Positions 27,841 through 36,071 of a stretch of DNA of 39,726 nt are shown here, piece after piece (positions within the stretch are counted from its first letter, which is position 1; every line of letters begins with the position of its first letter). The notes below the pieces were generated by a model. That model was not told where the DNA came from, searched no databases, and worked only from the letters and a program-made list of their open reading frames with translations. The translations under genes were made by a program, and so were the position numbers. Source of the stretch: a virus (Duplodnaviria; Caudoviricetes); the IMG/VR virus record IMGVR_UViG_3300032081_000261, positions 1-39,726 of that record, one strand, 5' to 3'.

Positions 27841-28816
27841 CTTTTTTCCCTCCAAAGGCTCTTCCTAGGAATCCACCTTTTAGAGAATCAGCAGACTCTT
27901 CTAACTTATCAGCTAAGTCTTTTCTCTTTTGATCAGCTAAAGCATCATCCTCTCTCAGAGAGTCAATGCCATTGTTATAACCATTGAAAGTTGCAACAAC
28001 GCCAACCAATTTTTGATGAGCATCAGCGATATCTTGATCATTACCTAAAATATCAGAATTGATATTTGGTAAAGACCCAGTTAATTTTTCCAGTGCTTTA
28101 AAACTGGAAGCATTAAAGAAACCTTTTTGTTTCTGCTTAGGGTCATATTCTCTCAATTTTTTCGCTAAGTGATCAGTCTGTTCAAGAACAGCATCAACAG
28201 TAGTTTTCAAGACATTCTTGATATTATTGTTGAGTCTATTCTTCACATCATTTTCTATCTTCGACCTTAACTTCTCTGATACATTCAGACGAATGTCAGA
28301 GCCATATTGGGGAACAGTAGATATCTCGAAATCGAACCTAAATTTTGATCTAAGTTCATCGAAAGTAGGATAGTCACATTCATTGAATGCTTTACCAAGA
28401 TTTATTTTGGCTCGTTCCATTTTTTGTGGATAGCCTTTTAAAAATCCATCTACCTCTTTATCCCATTTTTGCTTGGCTTCATCCACTGCATTTTGCAATG
28501 ATTCCAGTTGAGAGTTAGGGCATAAACGCCACCCACTAACAACCTTGTTATCCCAATCAGTAGAATTATCTGCCCAAGGCAAAGTCATCGGATAGTAAAA
28601 ACTATTTCTAAACTCATTTAAGATTGATCGAAAATATTTGTTAATATCCTCGCCATAAATGTGCTTAGAAACACCTAGTAATCTCTCACTAGAAACCTCA
28701 GTCTCTATTGCAAGATTACGCTTTAACGCTTTATCTGTTCTGATACCACTAGGATGCTTCGCAGTCATGCGAACCAACACTGCATTTTCAGACAGAGTAT
28801 TAGTTAATTTTTCCAT
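27833..28816 (-). CDS. DUF3150-like helical protein
   Basis: 327 aa between the AAA and vWA genes; TLPW...GWRL and DYP...ELRSKF motifs; start at ATG 28816 after SD GGAGG. Confidence 0.55.
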   Translation of the reverse strand: MEKLTNTLSENAVLVRMTAKHPSGIRTDKALKRNLAIETEVSSERLLGVSKHIYGEDINKYFRSILNEFRNSFYYPMTLPWADNSTDWDNKVVSGWRLCPNSQLESLQNAVDEAKQKWDKEVDGFLKGYPQKMERAKINLGKAFNECDYPTFDELRSKFRFDFEISTVPQYGSDIRLNVSEKLRSKIENDVKNRLNNNIKNVLKTTVDAVLEQTDHLAKKLREYDPKQKQKGFFNASSFKALEKLTGSLPNINSDILGNDQDIADAHQKLVGVVATFNGYNNGIDSLREDDALADQKRKDLADKLEESADSLKGGFLGRAFGGKKDD

Positions 28817-28845
28817 AATAAGAACCTCCATTCTTTATTAGAAAT

Positions 28846-28901
28846 TGCTGTTTCGATCTTAATTGATCTCCTCAGATGAGTAAAAAAAACTCATGACAGC
28901 A
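28846..28901 (-). ncRNA. Hammerhead ribozyme C, type III (canonical core)
   Basis: UGCU GUC^ AUGAGU-U7-ACUCAU CUGAGGA GAUC-AAUUAA-GAUC GAAA CAGCA. Confidence 0.92.
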
Positions 28902-28952
28902 GAGCAGAAAATATATTTAACCAGTAAATATAAATTCTGCCCTCACTCAGAC

Positions 28953-30002
28953 CTAGACTTCTAAGTCTTGATTCTTGATTTTAAATTCTCCATATCTTGC
29001 AGAATCCACCACATCATCCCTTGTTCCAACAAGCGATCTTACGAAGAAAATTCCAAATTCTGGTGTAGGAAATTTCTCAATGTAATCAAGGGCATTAGCA
29101 AAGTAGTCATGCAATTTATCATCGCTTACTTCTTTAAGAACAGTCACTAATGCACAGACAGTTGCATAGCAGAGACCACCACTATCAACAACCTCGACAT
29201 CCTTGCCCTCACAAATATCTTGCAAGTTGGGAACATCATTTTTCAGAGATAAGAATGACATAAACTCAATCGATGCTCTCTCTCCAATATCGCCTTGCAC
29301 AATCAATTGCAAAACTTCTTTTGGAGGGTCAATTTTGAGAGTATCGCTTAACCTTGCCCATGATCTTGGACTAGGCTGAGGAGTTGTTATCTTGGGGTCA
29401 AAGTCATTCAACAATTCGGGCTGAAAACTTATAAATCCCAAGATGTCAGAACAGATATCATTCTTACTTGCCCATGCTAACCAGTCATCAGTGCTATGCT
29501 CGAAATCGATCATGGTACAACGACCAACAACATGGCTAGGAAGTTTATTACTTCCAGCACGATCAGTTGCCCTATTACCAGCACAAATAACTTTCCAACC
29601 TTTAGGCAATGAATAGTCTCCTATTCTTCCCTCATACAGCAATTGCCCACAAATAGCCTGTATCGAATTATGTGCTTGGGCATATTCATCGAAGAATAAA
29701 ATACCCTCGCCACTCACTGGAAGATTACCCAAAAAGGCTCTCTTCTGTTCATTCGCATCGTTGATATAAGGTAAACCACCTAGATCAACAGACTCATACA
29801 ACGACAGTCTGAAATCAATAAACCCAAACTCTTTTTGAGTAGGATTAATTTTATCCACGACCACCTTCCTATCCTCAGCAATGTCATCGACATATGCTCG
29901 AACAATTGCACTTTTTCCAATACCTGTTCCTCCTAAAAGGAAAGGAGTATTAGACCCTTTTAAAACTGCCTTAATCGACAGTAATGCTTGACTTGGTTTC
30001 AT
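28953..30002 (-). CDS. MoxR/AAA_5-type AAA+ ATPase
   Basis: Walker A GGTGIGKS, DLGGLP, Walker B ILFFDE, sensor ICAGNR; start at ATG 30002 after SD GGAGG. Confidence 0.88.
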   Translation of the reverse strand: MKPSQALLSIKAVLKGSNTPFLLGGTGIGKSAIVRAYVDDIAEDRKVVVDKINPTQKEFGFIDFRLSLYESVDLGGLPYINDANEQKRAFLGNLPVSGEGILFFDEYAQAHNSIQAICGQLLYEGRIGDYSLPKGWKVICAGNRATDRAGSNKLPSHVVGRCTMIDFEHSTDDWLAWASKNDICSDILGFISFQPELLNDFDPKITTPQPSPRSWARLSDTLKIDPPKEVLQLIVQGDIGERASIEFMSFLSLKNDVPNLQDICEGKDVEVVDSGGLCYATVCALVTVLKEVSDDKLHDYFANALDYIEKFPTPEFGIFFVRSLVGTRDDVVDSARYGEFKIKNQDLEV

Positions 30003-30076
30003 AATAAAGACCTCCATCTTTTTTGTAATGATTCAAGTTAATTTCAATTACCAATAAATATTATTTACCAGTAATT

Positions 30077-30140
30077 ACCAAGAACAGACAGCAAATTGCT
30101 ATCTGTTTTCGCCACCTTTCAGTGTTGCTCATCAGTTGGT
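30077..30140 (-). ncRNA. Hammerhead ribozyme B, type I
   Basis: ACCAA CUGAUGA GC(AA)CACU-GAAA-GGUGGC GAAA ACAGAUAGC-AAUUU-GCUGUCUGU UC^ UUGGU. Confidence 0.88.
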
Positions 30141-30383
30141 TTCGACTCTCCAAAAATAAGTTAAATAGTCAGTTTTTTCCCAGTAGCCATTTACTGGCTC
30201 ACCTTGGCAAACTTTCCAATTCAACCATGCAGTAGCTTTTTTCTTTGCAAGTCTTATGTCATTGCACTGCATAGTTAGGAAACCACCACCTAGTGCAATA
30301 GCATCAAAATAAATATGATGTCCTCTAGGATTCACACCAGTTTTATCTTTAACGATCACTACATTTAATTTTTCTTTTTTCAT
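30132..30383 (-). CDS. Hypothetical protein (83 aa), first gene of the operon
   Basis: Start moved to ATG 30383 (MKKEKLNV) after SD GGAGG; its stop lies inside the ribozyme B core. Confidence 0.7.
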   Translation of the reverse strand: MKKEKLNVVIVKDKTGVNPRGHHIYFDAIALGGGFLTMQCNDIRLAKKKATAWLNWKVCQGEPVNGYWEKTDYLTYFWRVETN

Positions 30384-30392
30384 AATTAAGAC

Positions 30393-30463
30393 CCTCCAAG
30401 GTCTGTTTCTTGAACCCCATAATAGGATTCTCATCAGTCTGTTAATTCAGAGACAGTTGGAGG
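30393..30463 (-). ncRNA. Hammerhead ribozyme A, type III variant
   Basis: CCUCCAA CU GUC^ UCUG-AAUUAA-CAGA CUGAUGA GAAUCC-UAUUAUG-GGGUUC AA GAAA CAG acc UUGGAGG; extra AA before GAAA. Confidence 0.72.
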
Positions 30464-30784
30464 ACTGCCCCCAAGGTTTCAAAATAAAGTATTGATCTCA
30501 CTCGCAACAAACATTTCTTTAATCTTTCACTCGAACCTAACTCAATAGGTCAATGCAATTTATTCCCCTTGGGATTTAGTTGTCTTGTTTAAACTTTCGT
30601 AGCCTTGCTCCCCTTGGAGTCTGCCCTCTCAACATCTAGTACATTTAAGGCGATTGTCACTGGCTTCTCACTTAATGGTTATCTTTACCAGTCATCCTAG
30701 AACCTTTACCTTTACTCTTTTCAGAACCCTTTCGTTGGGTAGGTAGCGAATCTTTTAAAGACATAATCCGTTTGGTCTAAGGAC

Positions 30785-30815
30785 AGTATATATAACTGGT
30801 AGAAAATTGCATCAA
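30785..30815 (-). promoter_or_regulatory. Possible promoter of the ribozyme operon
   Basis: TTGATG-19 nt-TATACT (non-optimal spacing); a partial 17-bp motif lies in the spacer. Confidence 0.35.
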
Positions 30816-30896
30816 TTAAATCATCATCATCTAATCATAATAGATTGCACAATGTGAGCATTACCAAATCTTGCTAACTGGTAGATAATATTTCTC

Positions 30897-31400
30897 ATGG
30901 ATAAAGACAAAACCTCAGACGAAAAACCAAACCTCAAACTGGTAAAAGATAAGACCAAGTTGACCATGAAACAGAGAGCCTTTTGTGATCTCATCATCAA
31001 GGGCAAGTTGGGAAGTCAGATCGAATGTTATATGCAAGTCTATGATGTCGCTCTAACCAAGGCAGGGAAGATACCTAAACACGCTCATGTGGATTGCAGT
31101 AGGCTCATGGCAAACCCTAATGTTAGCCTAACTATAGCTAATGGATTGAAACGCTTAGAGACCAATGCAGTGGCTTCGACTACTCGAACGAGAAGCTATG
31201 TTCTTGAACAGCTTATGAGAGAGTCTAAGGAAGCAGACAGTGACAGCACGAGAGTCAGAGCATTAGAGTTGTTGGGTAAGACAGTGAACCTATTCAGCGA
31301 CACCCTAGAGATTAAAGAGAGCAGAACCAGTGACGACATTGAGCATGAGATAGAGGAGAAGATAGAAGCATTGTTGAGAGAGTCAGAGGGCAATCACTAG
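30897..31400 (+). CDS. terS: Terminase small subunit
   Basis: LT.KQRAFC...Y...A..L...P.V and RVRALELLGK motifs; upstream of TerL. Confidence 0.78.
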   Translation: MDKDKTSDEKPNLKLVKDKTKLTMKQRAFCDLIIKGKLGSQIECYMQVYDVALTKAGKIPKHAHVDCSRLMANPNVSLTIANGLKRLETNAVASTTRTRSYVLEQLMRESKEADSDSTRVRALELLGKTVNLFSDTLEIKESRTSDDIEHEIEEKIEALLRESEGNH

Positions 31401-31855
31401 ACAGATCAATAGACGATCACCACGAAGATCACAGACAGCCACAGCGTACCTAAAGCACAGACCTAGACCCCACCTTAATAGAGGGAAATCCCCAGTATTA
31501 ATAGACCCCCCACCCCCCAAATATACAACAGGCTACCTGACGATCATATATACATAGTGTTTTACTCATAATATGACCTAATTTCACATACCCCCCCCTA
31601 TTATATATTGCATTTTGCTATCTTTCTTTGCCATATACCCCTTTTTTCTAGGTAAAAACTGTTTTTTGCACCCCCCCCATACTATATTTTCAAAATTAAG
31701 GGTTGCTTTTTATGTGAAGCCATGCAATATTGTATAATCTGTAGATACATATACCTAGTATCCAGTGAATACCTAATGAGTGCCTACCTATATGTACCTA
31801 TTAAGTTTTTTTATTTAAGAATCACTACCTATTAGGTATATACTAGATAGTAAGT

Positions 31856-33352
31856 ATGGATAAAAGTGTACTAAGTAAAGTAAAGAACCTATCCTCTGAT
31901 CAGAAGCAGGAACTTCTTTTCCTGTTAGAAGAACTAGAAAAAGCCAAAGGTAGAGAAAAGTGCCATGAGGACTTCATGACCTTTGTTGGGGAGATGTGGT
32001 CAGCCTTTATTCATGGTAAACACCATCAGATTATGGCGGATGCCTTCGAGAAAGTCGCTAGAGGCGATCTGAAGCGTTTAATTATCAATATGCCACCTAG
32101 ACATACAAAGAGTGAGTTCGCTTCGTACCTGCTCCCTGCGTGGTTCTTAGGTAAATACCCAGATAAGAAGATCATCCAGACTGCCCATACTGCTGAATTA
32201 GCAGTTGGCTTTGGTAGGAAGGTTAGAAACTTAGTCAATAGTGCAGATTACAAAGCGGTATTTCCCAATGTGAGCTTACAGTCAGACTCAAAAGCAGCAG
32301 GTAGATGGAACACCAATCAGGGTGGAGACTACTTTGCGATTGGTGTAGGCGGTGCGGTTACTGGTAAAGGTGCTGATCTACTTATTATTGACGATCCCCA
32401 TTCCGAGCAAGAGGGAGCTTCTGCAGACATCAATGTATTCAATCGTACCTATGAATGGTACACCTCTGGTCCTAGACAGCGTTTGCAACCGAATGGTGCA
32501 ATTGTGGTGGTCATGACTAGATGGCACAACAAAGATTTAACAGGTCAAGTAGTCGATGCTAGTATAAAGCGTGGCGGTGCTGACCAGTGGGAAGTCATAG
32601 AGCTTCCTGCAATCATGCCTTCTGGAAATCCTTTGTGGGCAGAGTTCTGGAAATTAGAAGAATTAGAGGCTTTGAAAGCCGAGCTACCCAACAGTAAATG
32701 GATGGCACAGTATCAGCAAGACCCAACCTCTGAAGAAGGAGCTTTGGTTAAGCGTGAGTGGTGGCAAGTGTGGGAAAACAGAGAGCCACCTGACTGTGAG
32801 TTTATTATCCAGTCATGGGATACAGCTTTCATGAAAAATCAAAGAGCTGACTTTTCTGCGTGTACTACATGGGGAGTTTTCTATAAAGAAGATGACGATG
32901 GGATGATTTCTCCTTTTGTTATTCTGTTAGATGCTTACAAAGAACGATTAGAGTTTCCTGATCTTAAAACAAGAGCCATGGAAAAATACAACGAATACAA
33001 GCCAGATGCCTTCATTGTAGAAGCTAAGGCTGCTGGTATGCCCTTAATATTTGAATTACGAGCTATGGGTATACCTGTACAAGAATACACACCAAGCAGG
33101 GGTAACGATAAAATTTCAAGAGTTAATGCAGTCTCTGATCTTTTTGCTTCAGGAGTTATTTATGCTCCTTCAACAAGATGGGCAGAAGAAGTGGTAGAAG
33201 AATTTGCAGGTTTCCCTAATATGGAACATGACGATTTAGTTGATAGCTCTACTCAAGCTCTGTTAAGATTCAGACAAGGTGGCTTTATTCCATTATACTC
33301 AGACGAAGAAGATGAGCCTTTGGAACATAATCGTACCGCAAATTATTACTAG
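31856..33352 (+). CDS. terL: Terminase large subunit
   Basis: MPPRHTKS (Walker A), TGKGADLLIIDDP (Walker B), MTRWH, YQQ.P, SWDTA, HDDLVDS nuclease motifs. Confidence 0.95.
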   Translation: MDKSVLSKVKNLSSDQKQELLFLLEELEKAKGREKCHEDFMTFVGEMWSAFIHGKHHQIMADAFEKVARGDLKRLIINMPPRHTKSEFASYLLPAWFLGKYPDKKIIQTAHTAELAVGFGRKVRNLVNSADYKAVFPNVSLQSDSKAAGRWNTNQGGDYFAIGVGGAVTGKGADLLIIDDPHSEQEGASADINVFNRTYEWYTSGPRQRLQPNGAIVVVMTRWHNKDLTGQVVDASIKRGGADQWEVIELPAIMPSGNPLWAEFWKLEELEALKAELPNSKWMAQYQQDPTSEEGALVKREWWQVWENREPPDCEFIIQSWDTAFMKNQRADFSACTTWGVFYKEDDDGMISPFVILLDAYKERLEFPDLKTRAMEKYNEYKPDAFIVEAKAAGMPLIFELRAMGIPVQEYTPSRGNDKISRVNAVSDLFASGVIYAPSTRWAEEVVEEFAGFPNMEHDDLVDSSTQALLRFRQGGFIPLYSDEEDEPLEHNRTANYY

Positions 33353-33361
33353 GAGATTCAA

Positions 33362-35836
33362 TTGGCTATAGAAAGACAACCAGCTACACCTGTAGAAGGA
33401 ACAATAGAGCAAGACCCTCAAGAACAAGAGCTAACCATTGCTATAGAAAACCCAGACTCACTTTCTATTGAGACTGAAGATGGCGGAATGATTATTGACT
33501 TTGATCCTAATGCTAAAGAAATAGGTGACATAGAATTTGATTCTAATCTAGCAGAACACATAGAAGATGACATCTTGCAAGAGCTAGGTTCTAAACTTGT
33601 AGGTGACTACAACGGAGACAAAGACTCACGATCAGAGTGGGAAGAAACTTACACGAAAGGTTTAGATCAGCTAGGACTCAAGATAGAAGAAAGAACTACA
33701 CCTTGGTCAGGAGCTTGTGGTGTGTTTCATCCAATGCTTAGTGAAGCTGTTATACGCTTTCAATCTCAATCAATTACAGAAATGTTTCCTGCTGCTGGAC
33801 CAGTCAGAACTAAAATAGTAGGAAAGATTACAGAAGAAAAAGAAAAACAATCACAGAGAGTAGAAGATTACTTAAACTACTTACTGACACATGAGATGTC
33901 AGAATACAGAACTGAAACAGAAAAGATGTTATTTTCATTGCCATTGGCAGGTTCTGCATTTAGAAAAGTTTATTTTGATCCTAGCTTAAATAGACCTAGT
34001 TCTATCTTTGTACCAGCAGAAGATGTTGTAGTGAACTATGGAGCAAGTGATTTAGAAACTTGTGAAAGAGCTACTCATGTAATGCGTAAATCATCTAACA
34101 CAGTTAGAAAGATGCAAGTTAATGGCTTTTACAGAGATGTAGATATACCTGATGGCTCACAAAAAATGTCAGATATCACCAAGAAATATGATGAAATTAC
34201 TGGTGAATCAGATACTTATAACTACGATCAAAGCCATACAATATTAGAAATGCAGGTAGATTTAGACCTAGATGGGTTTGAAGATACTGATAGTTCAGGC
34301 AAACAAACAGGTATCGCTATACCTTATGTTGTCACCATCGATTATCCAAGTGGCATTATTCTTAGCATACGCAGAAACTATTACGAAGATGACTCTGCAA
34401 AACTAAGAAGGATGCACTTTGTACATTACCAATACCTACCAGGATTAGGTTTCTATGGGTTTGGTTTAATACACATGGTAGGAGGATTAGCCAAGTCAGC
34501 TACATCCATACTAAGACAATTAGTTGATGCAGGTACTTTAAGCAATTTACCTGGTGGTTTAAAAGCTAGAGGACTTAGGATCAAGGGAGATGATACTCCT
34601 ATCATGCCTGGAGAATTTAGAGATGTTGATGTACCAGGTGGTTCTATTAGAGACAACATTACATTCTTACCATACAAAGAACCATCAGGAACTTTATATA
34701 ACTTATTACAAAACATTGTAGAAGAAGGCAGAAGGTTTGCCAGTATGTCAGACATGAAGATATCTGATATGAATAACCAAGCACCTGTTGGAACTACACT
34801 AGCATTGCTAGAAAGAAATCAAAAAGTTATGAGTGCTGTGCAATCTAGGCTTCATGCTTCAATGCGTAAAGAGTTTGATATATTAGTTGGTATTGTAAAA
34901 GACTTTACAGACCCATCTTATCCATATGAAACAGATGAAGGTGAAGATATTAAAGCAGAAGATTTTGATAACAGAGTAGATGTATTACCAGTATCTGATC
35001 CTAATGCAGCAACAATGGCTCAAAGAATTATGCAATATCAGGCTGCTATGCAGTTGGCTCAGTCATCTCCTGATATGTATAACTTACCTGAATTACACAG
35101 ACAAATGCTTAATGTATTAGGCATTGAAGATGTAGAAGATATTATTCCAGAGGTAGATGATGTTAAACCAGTTGATCCAGTCACTGCAGTACAAAACATT
35201 ATTACTGGTAAACCAGTTAAAGCATTTATAGATCAAGATCATGAAGCACATATTGCTGTAGTTACATCAGCACAGCAAGACCCTGCAATACAACAGCTTG
35301 TAGGTCAGAGTCCAAGTGCTCCTTCTATACTTGCTGCAGGTTCAGCTTACATTAATGAGCATTTATCAATGCAATATAGAAAAGAAGTTGAAAGAGAAAT
35401 GGGTATTGAGCTTCCACCACAAGGTGAACCAATTCCAGCAGATGTTGAGAAGCGTATATCAAGTCTTGTAGCAGAAGCAGCTAAACGAGTATTAGGTACA
35501 TCACAAGCTGAAGCTGAACAACAACGAGTACAAGAACAACTTAAAGACCCACTTATTCAAGCTAAAGAAAGAGAAGTCGCAATTAAAGAAGCACAAGCTA
35601 AAGCTAAAATGAATATAGATGAAGGCAGACTATTGCTTGATGCAACTAAAGCTGCATCTAATAAACAGATACAAGAAGCAAGACTTAAACAAGAACAAGA
35701 AATAGCTGGTGCTAAAATAGGACAGCAAGTTGCTAGTGATCTGCTATCACTTGAAGCAGAAAAAGAAAAAGATGCTGTAAAAGATTTTAAAACAGGTATT
35801 GACATTACGAAGGAATTACTAAAAGATAGCGATTAG
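33362..35836 (+). CDS. Portal protein (P22-like)
   Basis: 824 aa directly after TerL, TTG start with SD AGGAG, helical C-terminus. Confidence 0.85.
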   Translation: MAIERQPATPVEGTIEQDPQEQELTIAIENPDSLSIETEDGGMIIDFDPNAKEIGDIEFDSNLAEHIEDDILQELGSKLVGDYNGDKDSRSEWEETYTKGLDQLGLKIEERTTPWSGACGVFHPMLSEAVIRFQSQSITEMFPAAGPVRTKIVGKITEEKEKQSQRVEDYLNYLLTHEMSEYRTETEKMLFSLPLAGSAFRKVYFDPSLNRPSSIFVPAEDVVVNYGASDLETCERATHVMRKSSNTVRKMQVNGFYRDVDIPDGSQKMSDITKKYDEITGESDTYNYDQSHTILEMQVDLDLDGFEDTDSSGKQTGIAIPYVVTIDYPSGIILSIRRNYYEDDSAKLRRMHFVHYQYLPGLGFYGFGLIHMVGGLAKSATSILRQLVDAGTLSNLPGGLKARGLRIKGDDTPIMPGEFRDVDVPGGSIRDNITFLPYKEPSGTLYNLLQNIVEEGRRFASMSDMKISDMNNQAPVGTTLALLERNQKVMSAVQSRLHASMRKEFDILVGIVKDFTDPSYPYETDEGEDIKAEDFDNRVDVLPVSDPNAATMAQRIMQYQAAMQLAQSSPDMYNLPELHRQMLNVLGIEDVEDIIPEVDDVKPVDPVTAVQNIITGKPVKAFIDQDHEAHIAVVTSAQQDPAIQQLVGQSPSAPSILAAGSAYINEHLSMQYRKEVEREMGIELPPQGEPIPADVEKRISSLVAEAAKRVLGTSQAEAEQQRVQEQLKDPLIQAKEREVAIKEAQAKAKMNIDEGRLLLDATKAASNKQIQEARLKQEQEIAGAKIGQQVASDLLSLEAEKEKDAVKDFKTGIDITKELLKDSD

Positions 35837-35837
35837 T

Positions 35838-36041
35838 ATGTCAAATGAAATCATGGAGCTATCACTATCAGAACATCTGAAGTTAAAGTATCGTGATATG
35901 ATGAATGAACACGCTGATCATATTGCTACAGGAGCTTGTAAAGACTTTCCTGACTATCAAAAAATGGTTGGTATTATCGAGGGCATTGCCCTTGCAGAAC
36001 GAGAACTACTAGATTATATCGAAAGGGTTCTCAAACAATAG
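35838..36041 (+). CDS. Conserved small head-module protein
   Basis: G...DF..Y...VG.IEG motif, between portal and GroES. Confidence 0.7.
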   Translation: MSNEIMELSLSEHLKLKYRDMMNEHADHIATGACKDFPDYQKMVGIIEGIALAERELLDYIERVLKQ

Positions 36042-36071
36042 GAACTCGACTCCTAAAGTCGTGCATAAAAT

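Noticed and set aside
30384-30434. N-terminal extension of ORF 30132..30434 in the ORF track
   Set aside because: It runs through ribozyme A and the SD; ATG 30383 has a proper GGAGG. The 30017 and 28831 starts are similarly ATGs overlapping the SD itself.
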